From contig WYBS01000066.1 in the NCBI GenBank assembly GCA_011525755.1, positions 1 through 56,394 of the forward strand: a DNA stretch of 56,394 nucleotides, given 5' to 3'. This document shows positions 1-9,107 of this stretch, one piece after another. Numbering within the stretch: position 1 is the stretch's first letter; the number at the start of each line of letters is the position of its first letter. This DNA comes from Planctomycetaceae bacterium (GTDB lineage Bacteria > Planctomycetota > PLA2). Made by a program: the position numbers and the translations under genes. The notes under the pieces are model-generated. The model did not search any database, had not been told where the DNA came from, and worked only from the letters and a program-made list of their open reading frames with translations.

Positions 1-69
1 CCCGCGCCGGGGAGGTTGTCGAACTCGCCCCTCTCCTGCGCCTCGCGGATGATCCGGTCGATGTCGCGT

Positions 70-102
70 TTCATTGTACGGAGCCTGACACGATTCAATG
101 AA
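70..102. repeat. 33-bp AT-rich palindromic repeat, copy A (TTCATTGTACGGAGCCTGACACNNTTCAATGAA), just downstream of the stop of CDS 139-570
   Basis: Near-identical copies seen directly at 566-598 and 3797-3829, and inverted at 3872-3904. Terminal 7-bp inverted repeats TTCATTG/CAATGAA. About 45% GC in a 70% GC background. Confidence 0.8.
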
Positions 103-138
103 CCGCCGGGCTCCCGGCGTGGGCGTGTGCGTCGTGCC

Positions 139-570
139 TCATGTGCCCTTCAGTTCCTCGGCGATGGCGAGGAAGAGATCCTCGTAGTCCTCGCGGTCGG
201 AGACCGTGCGGTCGTTGTTCGGCTCGCGGCCCCCGCCCGCGTACTCGCGCGTGCGCACGAGGCCGAGCCGCACGCGCGCGCCGCCTTCGAGCCCGGGCTC
301 CACGACGACGTGCGCGAGTCGGTACCAGACGTCGATCACCCCCTCCTCGACCGGCGACTTCGCGGTGACGGACGCGCCGAGCGGGTCGGCGCGGACGACG
401 GTCCACCCCTTCGCGGCGAGCGTCGCGACGGCCGCGTGGTACGCCTGCTCGGCGGTGGCTTCGGGGAACGTGTGGACCCATGCGCCGTCGACCTCCCGGG
501 TGAGGTCGATCCTGCCGCTCGCCGCGCACGCCACCGCAAGGAGAAGCGGGATGAATCGCACGGGATTCAT
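139..570 (-). CDS. small secreted protein or lipoprotein, hypothetical
   Basis: ORF 139..594(-). A signal peptide (MNPVRFIPLLLAVACAASG) begins at the second Met. The start codon lies inside repeat copy B. Non-repetitive, protein-like composition. Confidence 0.55.
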   Translation of the reverse strand: MNPVRFIPLLLAVACAASGRIDLTREVDGAWVHTFPEATAEQAYHAAVATLAAKGWTVVRADPLGASVTAKSPVEEGVIDVWYRLAHVVVEPGLEGGARVRLGLVRTREYAGGGREPNNDRTVSDREDYEDLFLAIAEELKGT

Positions 571-598
571 TGTACGGAGCCTGACACCATTCAATGAA
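566..598. repeat. 33-bp palindromic repeat, copy B, spanning the start codon of CDS 139-570 and the stop of CDS 591-902
   Basis: Direct sequence identity to copy A except 2 nt. Confidence 0.8.
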
Positions 599-902
599 CG
601 GGGAGGAGCCCGCCGAGGATGCGGCTCCTCTGGAACGGGCTGCGGTCGAGCCAGGCGCGCGCGAACCTGTCAAAGTCGAGGCAGTGCGCGTCGCGCGCGC
701 GCGCGGCGAGGTACGCGACTCCCGCGTCCTCCGACCCGAGCCTCGCGCGCAGGATCGCGACGCGCCTCTCGTCCGGCAACTCCGTCCACTCGTCGGTAGC
801 GGCCTCCTCCTCGGCTGCCACGCGCCGGCGGATGTCCAGGTCGTCCGCATGCAGCCGTGCGGCAGCGAGGGCGACGCAGACGCGGACGAGCCGGATGCGC
901 AT
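591..902 (-). CDS. small secreted hypothetical protein
   Basis: ORF 591..950(-). An internal Met is followed by a signal-peptide-like segment (MRIRLVRVCVALAAARLHA). Acidic mature region. Confidence 0.4.
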   Translation of the reverse strand: MRIRLVRVCVALAAARLHADDLDIRRRVAAEEEAATDEWTELPDERRVAILRARLGSEDAGVAYLAARARDAHCLDFDRFARAWLDRSPFQRSRILGGLLPVH

Positions 903-976
903 GACTCGGGGGTGGCAGGATTCTAAACGCGGCCGCCCGGACTCCCGCATGGTGAAGTGAGGGGGCTCCGGGGGCC

Positions 977-3796
977 GTGCGGCACGTCATTCGCTGGGAT
1001 CGTTCGCCCGTGCGGCTCCGACTCCTTTTCCTCGTGCTCGCGTCCGCGCTGCCCGCGCTCGGGGAGGAGCCGTCGCGCGCGATCCGTGTCCGCGTGGTGA
1101 CGTTCGGCGGCGCGCCGGTAGCAGGCGCGCGCCTCGAGGTACGGCGGACCGTCACGGACCCCTACGACCCGATGTGGCCCGGGGCCGGGGCGCCGACCAC
1201 CGAGGCATGGTGGCGCGGGACCCCTGCCGGAGCCGACGACACGCTCGTTGCTGCGGCGGCGACGGACGACCAGGGCTGGGCGCGGATCGACGGCCTTCTG
1301 GACGGCGCGTTCGACGTGACGGCGCACGCGCCCGGGCTCGCCGTCCGCGGCGCCCAGGTACTCTCGCCGCCGGTCCGCGGCGCGCCCGCCCCGACGATCC
1401 TGCTCGACGCGGGCCACACGCTCCGTGGACGCGTGGTCTCCGAGGCCGGAGCGGCCATCGCCGGCGCGCTCGTCTTCGCGGAGTTCTCGTCCGCGGGCAT
1501 GGCACGCTGGTCCGACAGCGAGCGACCGCTCGTCGCACGCGCCGACGACAGGGGGGAGTTCCGGATCGACGGCGTCCCGGCGGGATCGGCGGTCCTTCAC
1601 GCCTGCCCGCCGGGCACGTGGTTCGCCCGAGACCATCTCGTCGACGCGCCGCGCGACGTGCCGGTGGAGATCGTGCTCTCGCTCCACGGCGTCGAGGCCG
1701 TCGTCAGGGACCTGCGTACGGGCGTCCCGGTCCCGGGCGCCAGCGTGTCGTTCTCGACGTACGGCTTCCACATGTCCAACATGCTTGTGCACGCAGTCAC
1801 GGGCGAGTCGGGGCGCTTCAGCCTCGCCGTTCCGGAGCGCTGGCTCGGTGCGGGCCAGATCGTGGCGCCCGGATACCTGCTTGGGCTTCGCCTCGGCGAG
1901 TCGATGGAGAACCCGCCGGACCTCGAGCGCCTCGCCGGACGGACGCTCGAGATCCGCGCGGTGCCGGGCGCTCGCGTCCGCGGCGTCGTGCGCGATCCCT
2001 CGGGGCCCGTCGCCTCCGCGATCGTGACCGCAACCTGGCTAGCGGGATTCGAGACGCCTTGCGTTTGGGAGCGGAGCGGGCCCGACGGCACCTTCGAGCT
2101 TTGGGCCTGGCCCGGCCTCCTGCACGTCGCCGCGCGGCCGCCGGGCGCGCCCGCGGAGGAGGACCAGGAACTCGATGTCCTGCTCGCGACCGGCAAGGCG
2201 GGCGAACGCGGGCTCGTCGATGTTCCCGGCGAGGGGCGCGACGGCATCGTCCTGTCGCTGCCCGCGCGGCCGCGCGGTGGCCGGATCACCGGGCGCGTCG
2301 TCACCACCGCCGGGGTGCCCGTGCGCGCGTGGCCCGGCATCGCGGGGGACAAGCGTCGCCGTGGCGCCGCGACCGGGATGGACGGCGCGTTCGATCTCGA
2401 GGGCGTCCCCGCGGGCGAGGCGAGGGTCGCGGTTCACGTCCAGGGCATCGGCGAGGTGAAGAGCGAACCCCTCCGGATCGAGGATGGCGGGACCACCCAC
2501 GTCGATCTGGTCGTCCCCGGCGAGCCGCTGGGGCGTGTGGAGGGGCGCGTGGTCGGCCGAGCGGGTCCCGCCTACGTCGTCGGGACGTTCGGGCGCCGCT
2601 TCCCGGTCGCTTCCGACGGGAGTTTCGCGTTCGACACGGAAGTGCTCGCCGGCGAGGTCTCGATCGATGTCGTCGGGCCCGACGGGTTGGAGGGCTCCGC
2701 GAAGGCGAAGTGCGCGAAGGGCGGGCGCGTGAACGTCGGCGAGATCCGGCTCGAGGAGCCCCGCTTCGCCGACTTCCGCGTGGTCGCCGAGGGCGGAGCG
2801 CCCGTCCCCGGCGCCACGGCATCGATCTACATCCCGCCGGATGCGATCTACTGCGGTGCTTTCGAGCTGCCGACCGACCTCGGCGTGCCTGCGGATCGCG
2901 AAGGCCGGATCCGGATTCGGTTACCGCGCGCCGAGCACTTCGACCTGAGGATCCGCGCCCCCGGCTTGTCGGGGCTCGACCTCTCGCATGGATTCGCACG
3001 CGACGTGGTCGTGCTGAAGCCGCTCGGGGCGATGGCGGGCCGCGTGCGCCTCGCCGACGGGACGCCGGCGGCGGGCTGCCGCATCGAGGCGTCCACGCGG
3101 TTCAAGGACGATGTCCCGTCCTACGAGCGCGAGGCGGTGGCGGACGCCAACGGGCGGTTCCGGATCGACGGCCTCGTCTCGGCCGGGCACGACGTCTTCA
3201 TCGAGTCGGGCGCGTCGGGGCCCTCGATCGCCCGGCTGAGAACCGAGGTGGTCGCGCCGGACGAGGCGCTCGACCTCGTCGTCGAGCGCGCGTCCGTCAT
3301 CGAGGGGCGCGTCGTGGACGCGCGCGAACGACCGGTAGCCGACATCGAGGTCACCGCGAGCCCGTGCCAGGACGGCCTCCCGGAGTTGGAGACGCGCACC
3401 GGCGCGGACGGCGGGTTCCGGCTCGCCGGCGCCGTCGCGGGCAAGTACGACCTGCGGGTGAGCCGCGACGGCCTGTGGCCGGACGGCAAGAGACGAGGCG
3501 TGGCCGCGGGCACGAGGGATCTCGTGCTGCGCGCCGAGATCGGCTACCGGATCACCGGGCGCCTCGTCGACGGCGACGGCAGCCCGCGGGCGGGCTGGGT
3601 CGTGGAGGCCGAGCGGAACGACCGGGGCGGGTGTCGCGACCACCGCGCCCGCACCGACCGGCTGGGCCGGTTCGTCCTCGAAGAGATGGAGGGAGGCCTG
3701 TGGAACCTGAAGGTCGGCAGGTGGGGCCATCTTGATCCCGAGTCCGGCGGGAGGGTCCGCGCCGGGTCCGAGGAGGTCGTGCTCGTCCTCCGGTGA
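977..3796 (+). CDS. large secreted protein built from about 9-10 tandem carboxypeptidase-regulatory-like (prealbumin/Ig-like) domains
   Basis: 939-aa ORF with a GTG start and an N-terminal hydrophobic segment (LRLLFLVLASALPALG). Recurrent ~90-aa units with G-R-V-V...G-x-P-x-A-G-A motifs and 'DGRFRIDGL'-type strands. Confidence 0.7.
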   Translation: MRHVIRWDRSPVRLRLLFLVLASALPALGEEPSRAIRVRVVTFGGAPVAGARLEVRRTVTDPYDPMWPGAGAPTTEAWWRGTPAGADDTLVAAAATDDQGWARIDGLLDGAFDVTAHAPGLAVRGAQVLSPPVRGAPAPTILLDAGHTLRGRVVSEAGAAIAGALVFAEFSSAGMARWSDSERPLVARADDRGEFRIDGVPAGSAVLHACPPGTWFARDHLVDAPRDVPVEIVLSLHGVEAVVRDLRTGVPVPGASVSFSTYGFHMSNMLVHAVTGESGRFSLAVPERWLGAGQIVAPGYLLGLRLGESMENPPDLERLAGRTLEIRAVPGARVRGVVRDPSGPVASAIVTATWLAGFETPCVWERSGPDGTFELWAWPGLLHVAARPPGAPAEEDQELDVLLATGKAGERGLVDVPGEGRDGIVLSLPARPRGGRITGRVVTTAGVPVRAWPGIAGDKRRRGAATGMDGAFDLEGVPAGEARVAVHVQGIGEVKSEPLRIEDGGTTHVDLVVPGEPLGRVEGRVVGRAGPAYVVGTFGRRFPVASDGSFAFDTEVLAGEVSIDVVGPDGLEGSAKAKCAKGGRVNVGEIRLEEPRFADFRVVAEGGAPVPGATASIYIPPDAIYCGAFELPTDLGVPADREGRIRIRLPRAEHFDLRIRAPGLSGLDLSHGFARDVVVLKPLGAMAGRVRLADGTPAAGCRIEASTRFKDDVPSYEREAVADANGRFRIDGLVSAGHDVFIESGASGPSIARLRTEVVAPDEALDLVVERASVIEGRVVDARERPVADIEVTASPCQDGLPELETRTGADGGFRLAGAVAGKYDLRVSRDGLWPDGKRRGVAAGTRDLVLRAEIGYRITGRLVDGDGSPRAGWVVEAERNDRGGCRDHRARTDRLGRFVLEEMEGGLWNLKVGRWGHLDPESGGRVRAGSEEVVLVLR

Positions 3797-3829
3797 CCTG
3801 TTGTACGGAGCCTGACACCATTCAATGAA
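3797..3829. repeat. 33-bp palindromic repeat, copy C, immediately after the stop of CDS 977-3796
   Basis: Sequence identity to copies A and B. Confidence 0.8.
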
Positions 3830-3871
3830 TAGTCGGTCTTCTGGGGCCGGCACCGGCCCAAGCTCCCCGGG

Positions 3872-3904
3872 TTCATTGAAACGTGTCAGGCTCCGTACAT
3901 TGAA
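3872..3904. repeat. 33-bp palindromic repeat, copy D. It is inverted relative to copy C, and the pair flanks a GC hairpin between convergent genes.
   Basis: The reverse complement matches copies A-C: TTCAATGTACGGAGCCTGACACGTTTCAATGAA. Confidence 0.8.
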
Positions 3905-3913
3905 ACGCCGTAC

Positions 3914-4723
3914 CTAGAACAGCCACTGCTTCATGCAGTAGACGCTGCCGCCCGACTTCAGGAACTCCCCCGTCTCGACCGGGTGGATCGTGAAACCCGC
4001 CTGCCGCAGCTTCTCCTCGAGCGCCGCGCTCCCGCGCTGGATCACCACGTGCTTCCCGGACGCGAGCGCGTTGCACGCGAAGCCGTCCCGCGCCTCCCGC
4101 TCGTCCGCTTCGATCACCCGCTTGAAGTTCCGGCGGATCAGCGTGTTCCCCGCCCGCGTGAACGCCTTCGGGTAGACGAGCGCCGTCTTCGGGTCGAGCG
4201 GGCAGAGGCACGTGTCGAGGTGGTAGAAGTCCGTCTTCAGTTCGAGCGTCAGCGTCTCGACGCCGAAGACGATCCCGAGGAAGGGGTACACCTCCGCGAC
4301 GGAGCGCTGGCCGTACCCGCCCCAGAGGATCCGCCTCCCCGGGTGCCACACCGCGTCGCCGCCTCCCTCGAAGAGCACCGGGCTCTCGATCACGTCGTAG
4401 CCGTGCTCCGAGAACCACCTGCGGTGCGCCTCGACCTCGCGCTGCCGCGACTCGTGCCGCATCCGCGAGAGGACGGCCACCTTCCTCCCGTGCCGGTTCA
4501 CGCCCGTGAACGACGGGTTCGCGCAAAAGACCATGTCCTCGCAGCCGGGCGTCGGCGGGAGCGTCTCGACCTCGAGCCCGATCCCCCGGAAGGTCTCCGC
4601 GAGCGCGTCCCACTGCTCGCGGGCGCGCGCGCGGTCGACCTTCCCGGCCTGCCCCTTCATGAAGACGTTCTTCACGTCGACCACGTCGAAGTGGTCGGGC
4701 GGGCAGAGGAGGACGCCCTTCAC
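3914..4723 (-). CDS. amidinotransferase-superfamily protein (dimethylarginine dimethylaminohydrolase / arginine deiminase-like)
   Basis: 269 aa. The FYHLDTCLCPL motif and a C-terminal GGSVYCM catalytic-Cys motif are typical of the DDAH/amidinotransferase fold. Confidence 0.75.
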   Translation of the reverse strand: MKGVLLCPPDHFDVVDVKNVFMKGQAGKVDRARAREQWDALAETFRGIGLEVETLPPTPGCEDMVFCANPSFTGVNRHGRKVAVLSRMRHESRQREVEAHRRWFSEHGYDVIESPVLFEGGGDAVWHPGRRILWGGYGQRSVAEVYPFLGIVFGVETLTLELKTDFYHLDTCLCPLDPKTALVYPKAFTRAGNTLIRRNFKRVIEADEREARDGFACNALASGKHVVIQRGSAALEEKLRQAGFTIHPVETGEFLKSGGSVYCMKQWLF

Positions 4724-5739
4724 GGCTGCTCCCCGCCCTCCTCCTCTTCCCCGGGCCCCATCTCCTCCCCCCGCGAGAGCCTCTTGAGCGTCGCCACGCC
4801 GCGCAGGAACTCGGTCTTCGGCATCGCCGGGCAGCCCCAGAGGATGCTGCCGTCCTTCCAGGGGCCGATGACCCCCGTCTGCGCGCCCACGCGGCAGCGG
4901 TCGCCGAGGTGCGCCTGGTTCGAGAGGCCGACCTGCCCGCCGACCTCGCAGTCGTCGCCGATCGTCGCGCCGCCCGCCATCCCCGTCTGGGCCGCGAGGA
5001 ACGACCGCTCGCCGATGACGCAGTTGTGGCCGAGATGGACGAGGTTGTCGAGCGCGCTGAACCTGCCGACGCGCGTCACGTCGTAGCGCGCCCGGTCGAT
5101 CGTCGCACAGGCGCCGACGTGGACGTCGTCGCCGAGGACGACGGTGCCGACGTGGTGGAGCCGCACGGGGCCCTTCGGCCCCGGCGCGTAGCCGAACCCG
5201 GGCCGCGACAGGACCGCGTTCGCGCCGATGCGCACGCGGCTGCCGGCGACGAGGCCCGCGTGGAGCACGGCGCCCGGCTCGACGCGGCAGTCCTCGCCCA
5301 GCTCGACCCCGTTCTCGACGACCACGTGCGCCTTGAGGATCGTCCGCGCGCCGATCCTCGCCTTGCCGACGACCGCGTAGGGGCCCACGTGCACGCCGTC
5401 GCCGAGCGTCGCCTCGGGGTCGATCACCGCGGTCGGGTGGATTCCGGGGGGCTCCGGGGGCGCGACGAGCCCGAGCGCCTCGATGATCCGGTTCAGCGCG
5501 GCGAGCGGGAACGGCGAGAGGATCGCGGGGCGGCCCTCGAGCTTCTCCGAGAGGTCCTTGTGCGCGAGGAAGGCGCCGGCCTTCGATGCGCGCGCGGCCT
5601 CGAGCCAGCGCGCCGACTCGACCGGGGCGATCTCCTCCTTCGTTGCGCTCCCGAGCGATGCGACCCCCGTGATCCGGACGTCGGGCCTTCCCATGAGTTC
5701 GCCTTCCGCGGCCCTGCAGAGTTCCTTGAGCGTCGGCAT
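4720..5739 (-). CDS. lpxD: UDP-3-O-(3-hydroxyacyl)glucosamine N-acyltransferase LpxD
   Basis: Left-handed beta-helix hexapeptide repeats (…GDDVHVGACATIDRA…IGANAVL…) and the LpxD N-terminal region. Start chosen at MPTLKEL. The stop overlaps the downstream gene's start. Confidence 0.8.
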   Translation of the reverse strand: MPTLKELCRAAEGELMGRPDVRITGVASLGSATKEEIAPVESARWLEAARASKAGAFLAHKDLSEKLEGRPAILSPFPLAALNRIIEALGLVAPPEPPGIHPTAVIDPEATLGDGVHVGPYAVVGKARIGARTILKAHVVVENGVELGEDCRVEPGAVLHAGLVAGSRVRIGANAVLSRPGFGYAPGPKGPVRLHHVGTVVLGDDVHVGACATIDRARYDVTRVGRFSALDNLVHLGHNCVIGERSFLAAQTGMAGGATIGDDCEVGGQVGLSNQAHLGDRCRVGAQTGVIGPWKDGSILWGCPAMPKTEFLRGVATLKRLSRGEEMGPGEEEEGGEQP

Positions 5740-5783
5740 GGCATGAGCGTACCCGTAGGGCTTCGCGTGGTACAAGGACGGCG

Positions 5784-6260
5784 ATGGCGCGGATCCGGCC
5801 CGCCTCGGACGCGGATGCGGCGGGCGTGATCGCGGTGATCGCGCGCGCCTACGCGGAGTACCCGGGGTGCGTCCTCGACGTGGACCGGGAGGAGACGGCG
5901 CTCAAGAGGCCCGCGTCGTCGTTCGACCGGTTCTGGGTGGTGGAGGAGGGGGGGCGCGTGGGGGGGTGCGTGGGGCTCTCGCTCGGCGAGCCCGCGGAGC
6001 TGAAGAAGCTCTACCTGGACGCGGCGCTGCGGGGGAGGGGCCTCGGCCGGGAGCTGATCGCGCTCGTGGAGGAGACGGCGCGCGCGGCGGGCGCGAGACG
6101 GATCGAGCTGTGGTCGGACACGCGCTTTTTGACGGCGCACGCGGTGTACGAGCGCTGCGGCTACCGTAGGACCGGCCGCACGCGCGACCTCCACGACCTC
6201 TCGCACACGACGGAGTACCACTTCGAGAAGGCGCTGGGCGAGCTGACGAAGCGGTCGTAG
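5784..6260 (+). CDS. GNAT family N-acetyltransferase
   Basis: 158 aa with acetyl-CoA binding motifs (…LYLDAALRGRGLGRELIALVEE…) and a C-terminal YERCGY motif. Confidence 0.8.
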   Translation: MARIRPASDADAAGVIAVIARAYAEYPGCVLDVDREETALKRPASSFDRFWVVEEGGRVGGCVGLSLGEPAELKKLYLDAALRGRGLGRELIALVEETARAAGARRIELWSDTRFLTAHAVYERCGYRRTGRTRDLHDLSHTTEYHFEKALGELTKRS

Positions 6261-6588
6261 CGCCGGGCGTGCGGTACAATCGCGATCGCCTGTCGATGCT
6301 GGTTCCCGGGAGGGAGACCGTGCGTCCGCTGCTCAACGTGATCGCGTGCCTCGTCGTGCTCCTCGGCTTCGTGGCGTGCGGGGACAAGCACGCCGTTCCG
6401 CACGAGTTGGCGCCGCGGTCGTCGGCGGATGCGATCGGCGACGGTACGCCGAACCGGACGTTCCCGAGGAAGTGGTCCTTGGCGAGGTTGCGCTCGATGA
6501 TCTGCACGAAGAACGCATCTTCCGCGGGCAACGCGATGCACCCGCCGTGTTCGTTCGCGTTCGCGAGGGCGGGATGCGGGAGGTTGCC

Positions 6589-7473
6589 ATGCGCCGATGG
6601 ATGACCGCTCTCGCCCTCCTTGCCGCGCCGGTGTGGGCGCAGGGCGACGAGCCGAAGGAAGAGGAGGCCGGGGACGACGAGGTCGTCGAGAAGCCCGAGG
6701 GCTTCGTGTATACGCCCGCCGGCCGCATCGGGCGCGGCGAGCGCGACGCGCCGACGGCGTTCGTGCGGCTGCGCGAGGGCGGCGCGCTCCAGATCAGGTC
6801 CGGCGAGGAATGGAAGGACGGAACGCTCAACGACCTCGCGAAGTTCCTCAAGGAGTTCGTCGAGCAGCAGGACCGCGAGATGCGGAAGGACACCAAGTCG
6901 GCGTACGAGACGGTCGCCGGCGCGAAGGTGTCGCGGCTCTTCGTATCGCTCGACGTCGAGCCGACCGTGCCTTGGCAGCACGTGCAGTGGCTGATGATGG
7001 CCGCGGCCGAGCAGAAGTACTGGAAGGTCGAGCTCACCGACGGGACGAGGAAGATGCTCGTGTTCCTTCCCGCGGACCGCGGTATGCCCAAGGAGCCGCC
7101 GCTCGAGATCAGGATCTCGGTCCACGCCGTCGCGAGGCGCGAGAAGAAGGGGGCGTGGGGCGGCGTGGCGGTCAATCGCCCCGTCGACGTGCGCTACAAG
7201 ATCGGGAACGAGGAGACCGCCGACCTCACGGACGTGAAGGACTACATCCGGAAGGCGCACAAGGCGGTCAAGGACACGCCGGGAGCGAAGATCGGCGGCG
7301 AGGTCAAGGCGGGCAACAAGGTGCCGCTCTCCAAGATGCTCGATCTGCTGGAGGCCTTCGAAGCCTCGGGGCTCGAAACGATGTCCTTCTACGGCAACGC
7401 CCCTCCCGCTCCCGAGGTCCGCGATGCCCCGCGGCTCCCGTACCCGCTCAGGAACTACCCCGCGGTGGACTGA
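6589..7473 (+). CDS. secreted hypothetical protein, possibly with tandem ExbD/TolR-like periplasmic domains
   Basis: Signal peptide MRRWMTALALLAAPVWA-QG. Charged periplasmic-type sequence. A diverged copy of its N-terminal segment lies in-frame upstream (see findings). Confidence 0.55.
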   Translation: MRRWMTALALLAAPVWAQGDEPKEEEAGDDEVVEKPEGFVYTPAGRIGRGERDAPTAFVRLREGGALQIRSGEEWKDGTLNDLAKFLKEFVEQQDREMRKDTKSAYETVAGAKVSRLFVSLDVEPTVPWQHVQWLMMAAAEQKYWKVELTDGTRKMLVFLPADRGMPKEPPLEIRISVHAVARREKKGAWGGVAVNRPVDVRYKIGNEETADLTDVKDYIRKAHKAVKDTPGAKIGGEVKAGNKVPLSKMLDLLEAFEASGLETMSFYGNAPPAPEVRDAPRLPYPLRNYPAVD

Positions 7474-7672
7474 AGTCGCCCGGAAGCCCGCCCGGAATGC
7501 GGCGCGCGGCCTGCTCGTCGCTCGTCCGGAGTGAGACCGACCTCCGACCTCGCGCACGCTTCGGCCGCGCGCTCAGGGAGTCGTCAGCTTCCCGGCGGAC
7601 GATGCGGGCGCGCTGGCCCGCACGCCCTCGGGGCCGCGCGAGGAAACCGCGAGGGCGTCGAAGGAGCGAGCA

Positions 7673-8413
7673 ATGCGAAAGAGGGCATGGGTAAGCGCCT
7701 TCCTCGTCGCGACTGTCGCGCTCGTGCTCGGCACGGCGGCGCCGGACGCGTCGGCGAAGAAGAACTGCAAGGAGGAGGAGGAGGTCGAGCTCGAGATCGC
7801 GAAGATCTACTGGGAGTACAACTCCTCGGGCAACGATCTCGGCGTCCACGTCTTCCTCGACGGCGAGGACTGGAAGAGCATGAAGATCTATAGCCCCGAC
7901 GGCAAGACGCTCTTCAAGGTCGAGGGCAAACAGGGCTACAAGGAGCTCGGCATGACCGAGCTCTTCTTCGAGGGGGCGGAGCCGAACCTCGACGAGTACC
8001 CGCTCGAGGACCTCCTCGACCTCTTCCCGGAGGGATGCTACGAGTTCGATGGCAAGACGGTCGACGGCGCGGAGATCGAGGGCGAGGCGTACCTTTCGCA
8101 CGCGATCCCCGACGGCCCCGAAGTCTCCACGGACGGCGTGTCCGGCAGCCAGCTCGTGATCGAGTGGGAGCCCGTCGACGACAACCCGGACGGCTTCCCC
8201 GACGAGGCGTTCACGATCGTCGGCTACCAGGTCATCGTCGAGGGCAGCGACGGGATGAAGTTCGACATCAAGCTGCCCGGCGACGCCACGCACGTGACGG
8301 TGCCGCCGGAGTTCGTGGACGCGCTCGAGTCGGGCGAGGAGTACGACTTCGAGGTGCTCGCGATCGCGTCGAACGGCAACCAGTCCATCACGGAAGGCAC
8401 GTTCGAGAAGTAG
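7673..8413 (+). CDS. acidic secreted hypothetical protein
   Basis: Strong Shine-Dalgarno sequence (AAGGAG) 7 nt upstream. Signal peptide MRKRAWVSAFLVATVALVLGTAAPDASA. 246 aa, Asp/Glu-rich. Confidence 0.75.
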   Translation: MRKRAWVSAFLVATVALVLGTAAPDASAKKNCKEEEEVELEIAKIYWEYNSSGNDLGVHVFLDGEDWKSMKIYSPDGKTLFKVEGKQGYKELGMTELFFEGAEPNLDEYPLEDLLDLFPEGCYEFDGKTVDGAEIEGEAYLSHAIPDGPEVSTDGVSGSQLVIEWEPVDDNPDGFPDEAFTIVGYQVIVEGSDGMKFDIKLPGDATHVTVPPEFVDALESGEEYDFEVLAIASNGNQSITEGTFEK

Positions 8414-8423
8414 GGGAAGGAGA

Positions 8424-8458
8424 GGGGGTCCGGGGGCCGCCGGCCCCCGGAGCCCCCC
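8424..8458. terminator. GC-rich inverted repeat downstream of CDS 7673-8413 (GGGGGTCCGGGGGCC/GGCCCCCGGAGCCCCC)
   Basis: Near-perfect inverted repeat starting 11 nt after the stop, followed by a T-containing tract. It is built from two inverted copies of the over-represented G5CTCCG5 motif. Confidence 0.4.
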
Positions 8459-8558
8459 ACTTCGGCGATTTGCCCGGAGCGGGCCGGGCGAGCGGCTTCC
8501 CGGGCCCTTCACCCGCGCCGGGCGTGACACCGGCCTCCGACGTATAGGAGGTGCTACA

Positions 8559-9107
8559 GTGGGTTTCATGCATCGGGCGAAGGTCCGCGCGACCCGCGAG
8601 GACTACGAGAGACTCCCCGAGCACGTCCGGGCGGAGCTCATCGACGGGGAGATCGTCGTGACCCCGACGCCGACGGACCGGCACGAGCGCATCGTGTTCG
8701 GCCTGATCTTCGCCGTCCAGGACCACCTCGGGCCCCTCGGGCGGGGGCGACTCCGCGGCTCGAGGACCGAGGTGTTCGTAACCGAGGAGGGCGAGGAGAG
8801 GGTCCTCCAGCCCGACGTGTGCGTGCTTCCGGATGGGGCGAAGCCGCAAGGCGCGAAAGCGCCGACGCCGGTGTGGGTGGCCGAGGTGCTCTCCCCTTCC
8901 ACGGCCGCGTTCGACCGCGGCATCAAGCTGCGGCTGTACGCGGCAGCCGGGGTCCGCGAGGCGTGGCTCGTCGATCCCGACGCCGAGACGGTGGAGGTTG
9001 TCGACCTCGCGACCGGAGCGCGGCGTGCCTTCGCCAAGGGCGAGCGCGCCGCCTCGACGGTCATCCCGGGCCTCGCCGTGGACGTGACACGCCTTCTCGC
9101 GGCCTGA
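8559..9107 (+). CDS. Uma2 family (DUF820) putative endonuclease
   Basis: GTG start with AGGAGG 7 nt upstream. Uma2 motifs (PDLAIEVLSPST-type 'AEVLSPSTAAFDRGIKLRLYAAAGVREAWLVDP'). Confidence 0.8.
   Translation: MGFMHRAKVRATREDYERLPEHVRAELIDGEIVVTPTPTDRHERIVFGLIFAVQDHLGPLGRGRLRGSRTEVFVTEEGEERVLQPDVCVLPDGAKPQGAKAPTPVWVAEVLSPSTAAFDRGIKLRLYAAAGVREAWLVDPDAETVEVVDLATGARRAFAKGERAASTVIPGLAVDVTRLLAA

Noticed and set aside
1174-3735. 853-aa Arg/Gly/Pro-rich ORF overlapping the 939-aa repeat protein in another frame
   Set aside because: Composition typical of an off-frame translation of GC-rich coding DNA. No motifs. Fully overlaps a well-supported gene.
6269-6604. 111-aa ORF with a lipoprotein-like N-terminus overlapping the start of the 6589 gene
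   Set aside because: Only the first ~35 residues look protein-like. The remainder is low-complexity, and the alternative frame carries the diverged duplicate of the downstream gene.
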